Counted from the stretch's first letter, positions 30,158-41,063 are shown. The stretch: 64,000 nt of DNA from Candidatus Campbellbacteria bacterium GW2011_OD1_34_28 (GCA_001029775.1 CP011215.1:554303-618302); one strand, 5' to 3'. Notes: a model not told the origin generated them from the letters alone. Numbers and translations are program-made.

Positions 30158-31189
30158 TTATACTATAGAGTATTTTCCCTTATTATCTCTCTTAAAATAT
30201 TTAGGATTCTGCAAATTTACGACAACTGTATTTTCTTTGATATATCTTTCTCTCAAAACTTTATCAATGATGTCTTCTTTTGTAAGAGGACCTTCTTTTT
30301 TCAAAAGATTAATTATTACATCTCTCACAATACCACTTGCATATCCCCATTCAGAAAGTGCATACAATCCCCTACCTACCAATACAAATCTTGGGTCTTT
30401 GATCAATTCATTGTGACAAGTAGCCACATGAGCTTTTCTGTCAAAATTGTTTTCAATTGATTTTGCAACTTCTCTAAAGTGCATTGGAGATCCGTGTTGT
30501 CTGATTGATAGATAAGCATAATCTCGGATTCCTTTTGCGTTTATATTGCTTGAATTTGCCAATCCCCATTCGTTAAAGTGGTTTTTATCAACTATTTTTG
30601 AAATAGCAAGCCATCTTTTAACCATTTCAGGATTATTTTTGTATTTTGCGTGCAAATTTCCTGCTTTATCAACAAACAAAGATATTATTTCTTCCTCTGG
30701 ATACAAATTGTCATCTGAAATTTCATCGGTTAATTTTTCCAAAACATCATGAACAATATCTGCTACATCTGAATCAACATACCATCTCGATTTGAATTTG
30801 CGATCTTCTTTTTCTTTATTAAATTGGTCTCCCAAAACTAACAAAAAGTGAATGTGATTTTTAATATGATCGTCTTTTCCAATATGATTCAAGATATCTT
30901 CTTCTGTTGCGATTCCTCCCAAATCGTCAATCAAACATTTCAATTCTTCAAAGATAGCTGTTTCGGCGTTGAAAACATTGGATTTTTTGATGTTTTTTAT
31001 AGCGTTATTTTCGATTTGACGAACTCTTTCTCTTGTTATTCCATAGTCTTTTCCGATAGATTCAAGAGTAACCCTAGCAGGTTTTTCTCCAAGTCCGTAT
31101 CTTCTAACTATCACATCATAAGATCTCTCAGGTAAAACTGAGAGAAATTTTTTAGTCACTTTTTCGGGTTTTATTTTTATTTTAGCCAT
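30158..31189 (-). CDS. sigma-70 region 4 + C-terminal winged-helix (HARE-HTH-like) protein
   Basis: TLESIG..YGITRERVRQIE; HNELIKDPRFVLVGRGLYALSEWG. Confidence 0.8.
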   Translation of the reverse strand: MAKIKIKPEKVTKKFLSVLPERSYDVIVRRYGLGEKPARVTLESIGKDYGITRERVRQIENNAIKNIKKSNVFNAETAIFEELKCLIDDLGGIATEEDILNHIGKDDHIKNHIHFLLVLGDQFNKEKEDRKFKSRWYVDSDVADIVHDVLEKLTDEISDDNLYPEEEIISLFVDKAGNLHAKYKNNPEMVKRWLAISKIVDKNHFNEWGLANSSNINAKGIRDYAYLSIRQHGSPMHFREVAKSIENNFDRKAHVATCHNELIKDPRFVLVGRGLYALSEWGYASGIVRDVIINLLKKEGPLTKEDIIDKVLRERYIKENTVVVNLQNPKYFKRDNKGKYSIV

Positions 31190-31261
31190 ATTTTTATTAT
31201 ATTGTTGAAAATACTTTATCATTATATAAAAAATAAGTCAAGCTTTTCAAACTGTGGATTT

Positions 31262-33058
31262 CTACTTATTCTTCATCATTTTTAAAAAGACGTCCTGAGA
31301 TATGTTTACCTTGCCTCTTTCCTTCATTTTCTTCTTTCCTTTCTTCTGTTTTTCTCTTAACTTCATTTTTCGGGTTATATCACCTCCATAAAGGTATCCT
31401 GTTACGTCTTTTCTCATTGCAGAAATCGTTTTTGAGGACAAAATTCTACCCATTGCTTTGCCTTGTATTTTCATAACGAACATTTGACGAGGTAAATATG
31501 TAGCCAATTTTTCTACCACTTTGTCTGCTTCTTCCTGAGCTCTCCTTTTAGAGACAACCCGTGAAAAAGCAATTACTACTTCGTCTGCAACCAAAATATC
31601 CAACCTTGTCACATCAGCATCTCTGTATTCATCAATTTTGTAAGACATAGAAGCAAATCCAGATGTCGCGCTTTTTATTTCATCAAAAAATCCACGCATC
31701 AATTCTCTCAATGGTAATTTTGCATCTATCTCTATCCTATCTTCTCCAAAATCTTTTGAATTGCCTATCTCGGCTTCATGATCAAAAAGTATTTTCATCA
31801 AACCACTGAGATAATCAGGAGGAGTAATTATTTTTATTTTTATCCAAGGTTCTAGTACAGAAGTAACCTCGTGATCATCTGGAAACAAAGATGGTGAGTA
31901 AATTGTTTTCTTTGTTCCATTTTTGTAAACAATTTCATAAGTAATACTTGGATGTGTAATAACCAATTCCAAATCAAATTCTCTTTTCAATCTTTCTGTG
32001 ATGATTTCTAGATGCAACATTCCTAAAAATCCACAGCGAAAACCTCTGCCTAGTGAACCAGATGTTTCTTCTTCGTATGAAAAAGAAGAGTCTGACAATT
32101 TTAATCGATCCAATGATTGCTTTAACAAATCAAAATCATCTGCGTCTTCTGGATAAACCGAGGCCCAAACAACCGGTTCGGGTGTCATATATCCACTCAA
32201 AGAATCCATTGGTTTTCTTGCCAGTGTTAAAGTGTCTCCAACCGAAGCTATTCCTGGTTTTTTTATTCCTGTTACTATATATCCGATTTCTCCTGCACCA
32301 ATATATTCGCGTGGTTTTTCATCGGGAGAGAAAATTCCCACTTCCAATGAATTAAATTTTTCACTTACTGCTTTAAAAACAAGGTTTTCATTCTTTCCTA
32401 CTTTTCCATCAAAAACTCGCACATAAACTATTATTCCTCGATGAGTATCGTATTTAAAATCAAAAACTAGTGCACGAAAACTATCGCTGTCTTGGGTTTT
32501 TTCTTTTGGAGCGGGAATTTTTTCAATTATTTCTTTCAAAACTTCTGCTACTCCTTGCCCTGTCTTTCCAGACGCTTCTATTATGTCATCTTTGTCACAA
32601 CCGATTAGATTGATTACTTGTTCTTTTACTTCTGCCGTTCTCGCCAAGGGAGAGTCAACTTTGCTTAAAACAGGAATAATAACAAGGCCAGCTTCTTGTG
32701 CCATATTCAAAGTAGTTAATGTCTGAGCTTGTACTCCCTGTGTTGCGTCTACCAGCAAAATAGAGCCTTCTACAGCCCTTAGAGCTCTGGAAACCTCATA
32801 ATAGAAGTCTATATGCCCTGGTGTGTCGATAAGGTTGAGAATATATTTTTCTCCATTGTATTCATACTCCATTCTAGCGGGTTGCATCTTGATTGTGATG
32901 CCACGCTCTCTTTCAAGCTCCATAACATCCAGAACTTGTGCTTTCATCTTTCTTTTTTCAATAGTATTTGTTATTTCAAGCATTCTGTCCGCAAGAGTAC
33001 TTTTGCCGTGATCAATGTGAGCAATGATTGAAAAATTTCTAATTTTAGATAAATCCAT
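31262..33058 (-). CDS. lepA: elongation factor 4
   Basis: AHIDHGKSTLADR, GFRCGFLG, GGDITRK. Confidence 0.97.
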   Translation of the reverse strand: MDLSKIRNFSIIAHIDHGKSTLADRMLEITNTIEKRKMKAQVLDVMELERERGITIKMQPARMEYEYNGEKYILNLIDTPGHIDFYYEVSRALRAVEGSILLVDATQGVQAQTLTTLNMAQEAGLVIIPVLSKVDSPLARTAEVKEQVINLIGCDKDDIIEASGKTGQGVAEVLKEIIEKIPAPKEKTQDSDSFRALVFDFKYDTHRGIIVYVRVFDGKVGKNENLVFKAVSEKFNSLEVGIFSPDEKPREYIGAGEIGYIVTGIKKPGIASVGDTLTLARKPMDSLSGYMTPEPVVWASVYPEDADDFDLLKQSLDRLKLSDSSFSYEEETSGSLGRGFRCGFLGMLHLEIITERLKREFDLELVITHPSITYEIVYKNGTKKTIYSPSLFPDDHEVTSVLEPWIKIKIITPPDYLSGLMKILFDHEAEIGNSKDFGEDRIEIDAKLPLRELMRGFFDEIKSATSGFASMSYKIDEYRDADVTRLDILVADEVVIAFSRVVSKRRAQEEADKVVEKLATYLPRQMFVMKIQGKAMGRILSSKTISAMRKDVTGYLYGGDITRKMKLREKQKKGKKKMKERGKVNISQDVFLKMMKNK

Positions 33059-33158
33059 GAGCATTAGTATAGAGTTAAAAGCCCATAAAGTCCATAAAGT
33101 CGGAAGTATGAGTGAATGTATTCATCAACAAATAGATGTGTTCATCTCTACTTTAGTT

Positions 33159-33560
33159 TTAAAAATGCACGAAATAAACAATTAGTGCAATTATAAAATA
33201 GAAAAAGGCATTCTTGAAAGAAAACGCTGAGCTTAATAAGGCTTTTTTAGAAATCTTTTTAACTTTTAATGAGAAATCTGTTCCGGACTTTTTTCTAACA
33301 TAATTATAAAGGTCGATAAATCTTTCTTCTTGATATAAAAAATATGTATCTAAAAAATAGAACGAAATAACTACGGCATAAAAAAGTCGTTTTGAAACTT
33401 CCGGTTCACTTGTAGACAAAGTCATTAAGGCGAACAAAACAGTAAGACACCAACCTTTAAGTAAAAAAGAATTTTTAACAGTTCTTTCTATAACCCCCTG
33501 AATAAATTCCAAATGTTTTATTTTGTGTTCGGTTATTTCAATTTTTTCTCCATTCTTCAT
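33159..33560 (-). CDS. small membrane protein of a family recalled next to TIR-like genes
   Basis: KHLEFIQGVIER..NSFLLKGW, LD.YFL.QE..F..LY..VR. Confidence 0.55.
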   Translation of the reverse strand: MKNGEKIEITEHKIKHLEFIQGVIERTVKNSFLLKGWCLTVLFALMTLSTSEPEVSKRLFYAVVISFYFLDTYFLYQEERFIDLYNYVRKKSGTDFSLKVKKISKKALLSSAFSFKNAFFYFIIALIVYFVHF

Positions 33561-33623
33561 AATTTTTTATTTAAATAATTTAATAATTATATTATTTCAA
33601 AATAACACACATCAGTTACATAA

Positions 33624-33929
33624 CTATACCAGTGTTTTGCAAAATACCAGTATAGACTTTCCTTTTTTTGTTAGTGCATGTCTGACAGAATTCTTATCCA
33701 GCCTCTTCATAATAATACCGGATTGAGCGAGTTTTCTTATATGATCAGAGCCTGTGTTAAAATTAATTTTTAATTCCTCACAAATTTCTTCAACGGATAA
33801 TTCCGGTTTTTTATCCAGCAAAAAAATAATTTCTATTCTCCTGTGATTAGAAAATCCTTTAAATAATCGTTCCATTTGAAAAAAAATTGAACGACCAGAA
33901 TCATTGCCTTTACCATTCATATTTTTCAT
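33624..33929 (-). CDS. ArsR/SmtB-like winged-helix protein
   Basis: FKGFSNHRRIEI...LSVEEI...SDHIRKL..SGII. Confidence 0.85.
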   Translation of the reverse strand: MKNMNGKGNDSGRSIFFQMERLFKGFSNHRRIEIIFLLDKKPELSVEEICEELKINFNTGSDHIRKLAQSGIIMKRLDKNSVRHALTKKGKSILVFCKTLV

Positions 33930-33977
33930 AATTATAATTATATATCTATACTGGTATTTTGCAAAACACTGGTATAG
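33624..33977. repeat. perfect 32-bp inverted repeat bracketing the ArsR-like gene
   Basis: CTATACCAGTGTTTTGCAAAATACCAGTATAG (33624-33655) and its exact reverse complement (33946-33977). Confidence 0.95.
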
Positions 33978-34027
33978 ATATTATTGGGTTAAATAATAAA
34001 AAAATAATTATGTGTAATAATATAAAT

Positions 34028-34282
34028 ATGAAAAAATATATTTATTCAACATTATCGGTTATATTAGGGGCTCTAATTTTTGGAGTTATTGGATTATTAA
34101 AATTTATGAATTATGGAGGAAATAGTTGTGATTTTCCTGGTAAAAATTGCGGTTGTTTTTGTTGTAATTTATTTGGCTTGCGTGGTTATGAGGCTTGCGG
34201 TAATTTTGGATTACTAGCCGGTATTATATTGGGAGCGATAATAGGTTTTGTTACCTATAAACTGATAAAAAGTAAATTTTAG
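34028..34282 (+). CDS. small Cys-rich 2-TM protein
   Basis: TM-CDFPGKNCGCFCCN..RGYEAC-TM. Confidence 0.6.
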   Translation: MKKYIYSTLSVILGALIFGVIGLLKFMNYGGNSCDFPGKNCGCFCCNLFGLRGYEACGNFGLLAGIILGAIIGFVTYKLIKSKF

Positions 34283-34370
34283 ATCAAAATTATTTACTTT
34301 TTCAAACAAAAGATATATTCTTTGAAAAGATAAGTATCACTATATCAACCATTTCATGAAGGAGAAAATA

Positions 34371-34553
34371 ATGAGATTTCGAAAAGAAATGTTAGAGAAA
34401 CATCCGTGGCTTAAAGGTTCAGCGACTCTTTCAGAGGCAGAAATCGCCCACACAAAAAAAATTGCTCGAACAATTTTTGGGATTGCTTACAAAGAACAAA
34501 GACCGAACCCGATTGATGATCCAGGCAAATGTTTAAAAGGGTCGCTGTCCTAG
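34371..34553 (+). CDS. hypothetical (cassette cargo)
   Basis: TTTACT-17-TATTCT promoter, SD AAGGAG. Confidence 0.5.
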   Translation: MRFRKEMLEKHPWLKGSATLSEAEIAHTKKIARTIFGIAYKEQRPNPIDDPGKCLKGSLS

Positions 34554-34563
34554 GAGAAAAAAT

Positions 34564-34644
34564 ATGACAGATGAACAAAAAAACGGTCTTCGGATAGGCA
34601 TCCGAATCGGGCTAATCCTTGTAATCGGACTAGGTCCTAAATAG
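34564..34644 (+). CDS. 26-aa hydrophobic peptide (second cargo)
   Basis: SD AGGAG 34552; MTDEQKNGLRIGIRIGLILVIGLGPK; terminator 34647-34675. Confidence 0.4.
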   Translation: MTDEQKNGLRIGIRIGLILVIGLGPK

Positions 34645-34729
34645 AAAAAATCCCTGAGACATCTCAGGGATTTTATTTTTCTTCTCACGCCTTACCACTT
34701 ACACCTTAATCCTTACCCCTTACTACTAA

Positions 34730-36406
34730 CTAAAGTTCTCTTTTCTCAGGAATAACAATTCCCGATTTCCACACTCGCTTGTTAAACGCCTTTCTTGCTT
34801 CTTTTAATTCTCTATTATCCATTATCCAAAGTATAAAAATACCTGATAAAATTCCTGCTAATCCTGAAAATAATCCTTGCATAAAAATACCTTGCAAAGT
34901 ATTCAAATTTAGGAAATCGCCAAATATTGTCAAAAATCTATACGCAACAAAACCCATAATAATAGAAGTAAACAAGCTGTGCCAAAATGTTTTTGAAATG
35001 TTGTAAATAAATTTATCAAAATCTTTTTCAAACATTACCATCAACAAAATCGCATTTAACATTGTTCCCAATGAATAGCTAAATGCCAACATCAAAACCG
35101 TAGTGCCGAACAAATCCTCCACTCTGAACATATGCTCAACAAAATATCTAAACACATCATATTGTTCAAATAACCAGCTAAACAAAAAAGCAAAAACGAT
35201 TATAGAAAGAGACGATGATATATTTATCAATAATGGTCGTTTGGTGTTTCCCATCGCATAATAACCTCGTATAAAGAGCAGGATGAGGCTTTGAGCAGTC
35301 ACAGAAAAAGCAAACATCGCCAGACAAGCAGCCGTCAAACGAGTATCAGACCAATCAAACTGTCCCGATCCTAAAATAGTTCTAACTATCTGGGCTCGTA
35401 AAACTATAAACAAAGAAAGAGCGGGCAAAGACCAAAAGATGATGTGTCTTGATGCCGAAATCATTTGATTTAAAAATTTTTGTTTTTCACCAGCAGAAAA
35501 CAATCTCGCCAAAGTTGGAAAAGCAGCGACAGAATAACTTACTCCAATAATTCCCATCGGAACAGATTGAATATTAAAAGACAGATTAAACACAGCGATA
35601 GAACCAACTCCGACAGAAGAAGCAAGTGCTACAAGAAAAAAGAAAGCGATTTGATTTGCAGACATTGTCAATGTTCGAGGAAGTGAAAGCAGAGTAACTT
35701 TTTTAATATCTTTGTAATTAATTTTGGAAGTAAATTTTGGAAGAAGTCCGACACTTGAAGCAACAGGTATCTGGATTATTAAATGTAAAAATGCACCTAA
35801 AACAACTCCTGCTCCAAGACCATTTAGACCAAAACTTGGATACAAAAAATAGATTCCAAAAATTATTCCCAGATTATACAAAACAGGACTAATGGCATAA
35901 ATTAAAAACTTTCTGTTTAATTGAATGATGCTTGCAAACAAATTTGAAAGTCCCAACAAAATCGGGCTGAGCAGGAGAATTCTTGTCAAAGATATAGCCT
36001 CTGTCAAAGCAGTTTTTCCAAAACCAGGAAACATTTTTTCCACAATAAAAGGTGCTAAAAAGAAAACTACAAGACTGACCAATGAGATAAATCCAAAAAA
36101 TACAGTAAAAACACCGTCAATAAAATTTTGCATCCCTCCGTTTTCTTCTCGAGATTTGTCCGCAAGGAAAGGAATCAGGACAGATATAGAAACAATAGAA
36201 GCTACTGTTATAAAGATAAAATCTGGAATTCTAAAAGCCGCATAATAGATATCCAATGTCTCCCCTGCTCCAAAAAAAGAAGCGAGGGCTCTATCTCTAA
36301 CAAGTGCTAAAAGTTGAGAAGCAAAAGTAAAAGCACCTAAAAGATAAGCGGCCTCATGGAGTCCGCTTATCTCTCTGTTTAATAATTTAATGATTCTTTT
36401 AACCAT
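34730..36406 (-). CDS. murJ: lipid II flippase MurJ/MviN
   Basis: RD...FGAG..LD.Y.AAFRIPD, multi-TM. Confidence 0.9.
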   Translation of the reverse strand: MVKRIIKLLNREISGLHEAAYLLGAFTFASQLLALVRDRALASFFGAGETLDIYYAAFRIPDFIFITVASIVSISVLIPFLADKSREENGGMQNFIDGVFTVFFGFISLVSLVVFFLAPFIVEKMFPGFGKTALTEAISLTRILLLSPILLGLSNLFASIIQLNRKFLIYAISPVLYNLGIIFGIYFLYPSFGLNGLGAGVVLGAFLHLIIQIPVASSVGLLPKFTSKINYKDIKKVTLLSLPRTLTMSANQIAFFFLVALASSVGVGSIAVFNLSFNIQSVPMGIIGVSYSVAAFPTLARLFSAGEKQKFLNQMISASRHIIFWSLPALSLFIVLRAQIVRTILGSGQFDWSDTRLTAACLAMFAFSVTAQSLILLFIRGYYAMGNTKRPLLINISSSLSIIVFAFLFSWLFEQYDVFRYFVEHMFRVEDLFGTTVLMLAFSYSLGTMLNAILLMVMFEKDFDKFIYNISKTFWHSLFTSIIMGFVAYRFLTIFGDFLNLNTLQGIFMQGLFSGLAGILSGIFILWIMDNRELKEARKAFNKRVWKSGIVIPEKREL

Positions 36407-36421
36407 TGTTTTTTAAATAAT

Positions 36422-38662
36422 TTATTCAGAATCTTCTTCAACAACAGGTTCTTCTGTATTTGTATCTGTATTTGTATTTGTATCTTCTTGAAGAGTTGCT
36501 GAATTTTTGAAACCCGCAAAAGGAGTTGCTCCTGACTCAAGATTTTCCAAAACTGCTTTTATTTCTGCACTGTCTGGGTTCAACATTTCCAAATCTTTAA
36601 ATTGAAGTATTGCATCATCTACCCTGTCCAAATTGTAATAAGTTAATCCCAAGAAATATTTTGCATCTGAGTAATATGGTTGCAAGATAACTGCCCTTTC
36701 CAAAGCAATAACCGCATTGCTGTAATTCTTTGTATTGTATTCAAGAACACCCAATGTAAATACCAAAGCTGGATTTTGTGGGTTTAAATTGATCGCTGTT
36801 AGATAAGAATTGACTGCCTGCTCGTATGCTCCCTGAACATCAAACATGATAATTGTTTCATAAACTCTTCCCAAAGAAACCCAGTTTTGATAATTTGTTG
36901 CATCAATCTGAGTAGATTTGACCGCATTTTCTACCGCCTGTCCCAAAATTGTTTGGAATTGAGCTTGCATTTCTTCTTCTGACAGATCTGTTTTCGACAT
37001 CAAATTTTGTAATTTAACCAAAGCCAATTCTGACAGAAATCTGTAATAAGCATCACCATTTGAAAGATTTACAGCTTTAATAATTTTTGCCTCAACATCA
37101 TCCAACACAACATCTTCTTTATTTAATTCAAGCAATCCTTTTTGAGAATAAGCTGACGCAGAGAATTTTTGAATTACAGTATATCCTGTTACTAAAGAAA
37201 CGAGGATTAAGAAAATTAAAACCAAAACTAAAACAAAATTGTGTTTTTGATTTTTAGCAAAAGAAATCTTTTTTGTTTCAAAAATACCGTTTTGAATTAA
37301 TAAAGCAACCAGCACTCCTGTAAACACAAAAGTTAGTGTTAATATTGTGTGAGACGGTATATAAATGATAGAAAACAACCAAAGATAAACAGTTGTTAAA
37401 AATGATAACGGTAACAAATAACCTTCTGCTTTATCTGCCTTTGGCAAAAATACGGCTTTAAATCCTGAGGTAAATAACATTCCTAAGAATATAATCCATA
37501 ATACAAAACCTAACAATCCAACTGTTACAATAGATGACAGAATAAAGCTATACCCGCTGTTAAAATCAACATTCCAAAATTGAGTGTTGTTTAAAGAAGC
37601 TGGTTTGTATTGCAACCATTGATTAACAAATCTGTTTGGACCTGCTCCCAGTAATGCAGATTTTGTCTTTAGTGTTTCTTTTGCGATACTCCATGTTCCC
37701 AAAGGTGTCAATTTTAGTTCGGAACTAGATATTTCAAAATAAGTACCCAATGTTTCGCCTAAGCTAACATTGTCAGTAGTATTCCTGTCGCCATAATTTC
37801 CTAAAACTATTGCGACAGCTATTACCATCACAAGAAATGATATTGCGGGAATTCTTTTCATTTTCAACCCTGCAGGAGCTTCAATTGAGAATTTGTTTGC
37901 CGAAATGATATAAGCCACCAGAACGAACGAAAAGGCCCCCAAAACTATCCAAACGGTATTAAAGTTTACCAATGCTACAAAGAAAAGAGAGATCAAAAGA
38001 ACAATGTAACTTAAAAACTTTACCAATTTACTTTGATTTACAAATTCTATTGTTACTAAAGAAAGAACTGCTGTTAAACCAAAGAAGACAGACAATTCAT
38101 TCCATTTTCCGATTAAATTTGAAGATGAAGATGTAAGAACACCAAAACTCAAAAATTCAGGACCAATTAAAAGTCTCAAACCTTGATAAATAGCTACCAA
38201 GAAAAACGAAATGAAAAACAGGAAGAATAAATAATATGCTCTTTCTTTTGTTTTTACGATTGAAGATGCTAAAAACATTAACAAAAAGAAAGTTACAACA
38301 TAAAAAGAGGTTCCTATTTCAAACCCTTGTCCGATAAATGATGTTGTTGCTGCTCCGGAAAGTAGCGACGAAACCAAATAAACAACAGGTAAAGCAACTG
38401 CTGTAAGTAATACAGGATTTTTTGAATAAATAAATTCCGAATCTTTTAACCTGTCCATCAACCAAATGATTGCCAAGATCATGACTGCCAGAGAAATCAT
38501 TATTCCTTTGCTAAAATAAAAAGAAAAAGATGGAAAAGGAATGAAAAATATTGGAATTAATAAAACTAATCCGGACAAAAGAAAGGCTGAGATTTTTGTA
38601 TGATCAGCTTTCACCGAAACTTCTGAACCTTTATCAGTTTTCGATTTTCTAAAATTAAACAT
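36422..38662 (-). CDS. polytopic membrane protein (O-antigen ligase-like) with C-terminal TPRs
   Basis: about 12 TM, GAGP, TPR motifs at C-terminus. Confidence 0.75.
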   Translation of the reverse strand: MFNFRKSKTDKGSEVSVKADHTKISAFLLSGLVLLIPIFFIPFPSFSFYFSKGIMISLAVMILAIIWLMDRLKDSEFIYSKNPVLLTAVALPVVYLVSSLLSGAATTSFIGQGFEIGTSFYVVTFFLLMFLASSIVKTKERAYYLFFLFFISFFLVAIYQGLRLLIGPEFLSFGVLTSSSSNLIGKWNELSVFFGLTAVLSLVTIEFVNQSKLVKFLSYIVLLISLFFVALVNFNTVWIVLGAFSFVLVAYIISANKFSIEAPAGLKMKRIPAISFLVMVIAVAIVLGNYGDRNTTDNVSLGETLGTYFEISSSELKLTPLGTWSIAKETLKTKSALLGAGPNRFVNQWLQYKPASLNNTQFWNVDFNSGYSFILSSIVTVGLLGFVLWIIFLGMLFTSGFKAVFLPKADKAEGYLLPLSFLTTVYLWLFSIIYIPSHTILTLTFVFTGVLVALLIQNGIFETKKISFAKNQKHNFVLVLVLIFLILVSLVTGYTVIQKFSASAYSQKGLLELNKEDVVLDDVEAKIIKAVNLSNGDAYYRFLSELALVKLQNLMSKTDLSEEEMQAQFQTILGQAVENAVKSTQIDATNYQNWVSLGRVYETIIMFDVQGAYEQAVNSYLTAINLNPQNPALVFTLGVLEYNTKNYSNAVIALERAVILQPYYSDAKYFLGLTYYNLDRVDDAILQFKDLEMLNPDSAEIKAVLENLESGATPFAGFKNSATLQEDTNTNTDTNTEEPVVEEDSE

Positions 38663-38803
38663 GATTTAAATAATTTATTTTATTAATAATAAAAAACACC
38701 ATTTTATGTGCGTATTTTGTTTTATTATAGTAGAAAAAAAGAAACAAGCCAACTGGCAAACACTGGATAATTAACAAGCCCCAATAAACAAAATCAAAAC
38801 AGA

Positions 38804-39991
38804 TTATTTAATTTTTAGTTTCCCTATTTTTCTTCCCAATCTAACGATTCTTTCACCTTTATCCAAAATATAGTTTATATCCGTTACTTTTTCATCGTCC
38901 AGCTTTACAGCACCCTCTTGAATTTTCCTTCGTGCTTCGCTGTTTGAAGAAGCAAAACCTATTTGATGCAAAACAACCAGAATTCCCTCCCCTGCTTTTA
39001 TTTTAAATTCTTGAACATTTTCGGGTACGGCGCCTTTTTGAAATTGGGTTTCAAAATTGTCTTTTGCTTTTTGTGCGTCTTTTTCCGAATGATAAAATCT
39101 GACAATTTCATATGCTAATTTCATTTTATAGTCTTTTGGATTTGCGCCATTATTCATTTCTACTTCATATTTTCTGATTTCTTTCATATCTACCCTAGTA
39201 AGCAAAGTAAAATATCGAATAATAAATTCATCTTTCAAAGACATCAATTTTCCAAACATCTCATCTGGTGAATCAAACAAGTTTACCGTATTTCCCCAAC
39301 TAGAGCTCATTTTTCTACCGTCCAAACCCTCTATCAAAGGGTTGGTAATGATATTTTGAGGTTCTTGTTTGTAGGCTTTTTGCAAAGTCCTACCAGCCAA
39401 CACATTAAATTTTTGATCTGTTCCGCCCAATTCAACATCGGCTTTTACTTTTACAGAGTCATAAGCCTGCATCAAAGGATACAAAAGTTCACGCAAAACT
39501 ATTCTTTTTCCACCATCTAGTCGTTTGCTAATATTTTCTCTGGAAATAAATTCGTTTAAGGAAAATTGGTCTGCCTGAAAACCGATCTCACCATAACCCA
39601 ATTTACCCAACCACTTGCTGTTGTAATAGATTTCTGCTTTTTTCATATCAACTATTTTCCCAGCTTGAGCAATATAATTTTTCAAATTTTTTTTGATTGT
39701 TTCTTGCTCCAACATTGGTCTTTCGCTTTCTTTGTCAGAAGTGTCCCCTATTGTTCCTGTAAAATCACCGATGATAAAGACGGCCTGATGACCTAGTTCT
39801 TGAAAATCTCTCAATTTTAAAAGAGGAATAGAGCGACCCAAGTGAATATTTGGACTGGTCGGATCAATCCCCAATTTAATTCTTAATTTTTTTCCACTCT
39901 CAAGTTTTTTCTTTAAATCATCAAAACTGATTATTTCTTCTGTACCACGACTTAAAAGTTCTTTTATTTTTTCATTGTCTATTTTTTTCAT
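38804..39991 (-). CDS. tyrS: tyrosine--tRNA ligase
   Basis: GIDPT..IHLG, GGTDQ, KMSSS, S4 domain. Confidence 0.96.
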   Translation of the reverse strand: MKKIDNEKIKELLSRGTEEIISFDDLKKKLESGKKLRIKLGIDPTSPNIHLGRSIPLLKLRDFQELGHQAVFIIGDFTGTIGDTSDKESERPMLEQETIKKNLKNYIAQAGKIVDMKKAEIYYNSKWLGKLGYGEIGFQADQFSLNEFISRENISKRLDGGKRIVLRELLYPLMQAYDSVKVKADVELGGTDQKFNVLAGRTLQKAYKQEPQNIITNPLIEGLDGRKMSSSWGNTVNLFDSPDEMFGKLMSLKDEFIIRYFTLLTRVDMKEIRKYEVEMNNGANPKDYKMKLAYEIVRFYHSEKDAQKAKDNFETQFQKGAVPENVQEFKIKAGEGILVVLHQIGFASSNSEARRKIQEGAVKLDDEKVTDINYILDKGERIVRLGRKIGKLKIK

Positions 39992-40209
39992 TTTTTTATA
40001 TATTCAGAACTTAGGAAATAGTGTTTAAGAGTATAAAATACAGCTTAAACCCTCCACCCTAAATCCTATGTCCTATTAAGTTTATCTTTATATGCTACCA
40101 CCCTATTAAAGAGTGTCAATTTAAGAAAATAATATCTTTTCAACATCTTTAAATATCAAATTTTAAAATATTGCGATATAATCTTAAAAATTAAGCTAAA
40201 TATTTAATT

Positions 40210-41010
40210 ATGAATTTTGAAGGGCAATTTAATGTAAGAAAAAAAATAGTAACAAAAGGTGGGATTTTTGAAATTATTGACATAACACCAGAAAATGAAA
40301 CTGGCATTCCGGTGTTTCTTTCATCTGGCTGGGCATCAACACCAGAACTTCTTAAACCTCTTTTAAAAACAATCAGTGATAATAATCGCAGAATTATAAC
40401 TGTCGACTTCAAAAAGTTTGATAAAATAAATACAAAAAACCAAAGAGGTATCGCCAGAGAAAAACTAAAGTCTCAGGCAATATTGGAAGTAGCAAAAATA
40501 TTAGAAATAGAAAAACTAGACATAATAGGCCATTCAGAGGGTGCTGTCTATACTACATTTGCCGTAGAAGACAATCCATCAATATTCAAAAACTTTCTTT
40601 TAATAGCTCCCGCAGGAATGACATACGATCAGTCATTTTTAGAAACAGCCTCAAAATTTATCCTTGATACATTATTATGGCCGATCAAAAAAATAAAAAA
40701 GAAAAATAGGCCTTTTTATCATATTCTTCAAAACACCAAATTCTTTATCTTAAATCCCATCCAATCTCTTCAAGAAGGTTATGGATTATCAAAAATTTTT
40801 ATTGCAAAAAAAATTGGTTTTATTATTAAAAATGGAGTCAATGTTAATTTAATATATTTTAACGAAGATTTGATTTTTCCATGTGAAGAAATGCGACAAA
40901 ATGCCGAAATTCATAATATCCCTATTTGTTTAATTGAAGGGTCTCACAATTTTATCTACTCAAAACCAGATATATTTTGGGATAAAATTAAGAGTTATAT
41001 AGAGGAGTAG
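40210..41010 (+). CDS. alpha/beta hydrolase
   Basis: GHSEG nucleophile elbow; C-terminal GSH. Confidence 0.8.
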   Translation: MNFEGQFNVRKKIVTKGGIFEIIDITPENETGIPVFLSSGWASTPELLKPLLKTISDNNRRIITVDFKKFDKINTKNQRGIAREKLKSQAILEVAKILEIEKLDIIGHSEGAVYTTFAVEDNPSIFKNFLLIAPAGMTYDQSFLETASKFILDTLLWPIKKIKKKNRPFYHILQNTKFFILNPIQSLQEGYGLSKIFIAKKIGFIIKNGVNVNLIYFNEDLIFPCEEMRQNAEIHNIPICLIEGSHNFIYSKPDIFWDKIKSYIEE

Positions 41011-41063
41011 AGTATATTTTTTAAAATATTGGCATGGTTTTTTAAATTGATTTTTTATTACAA

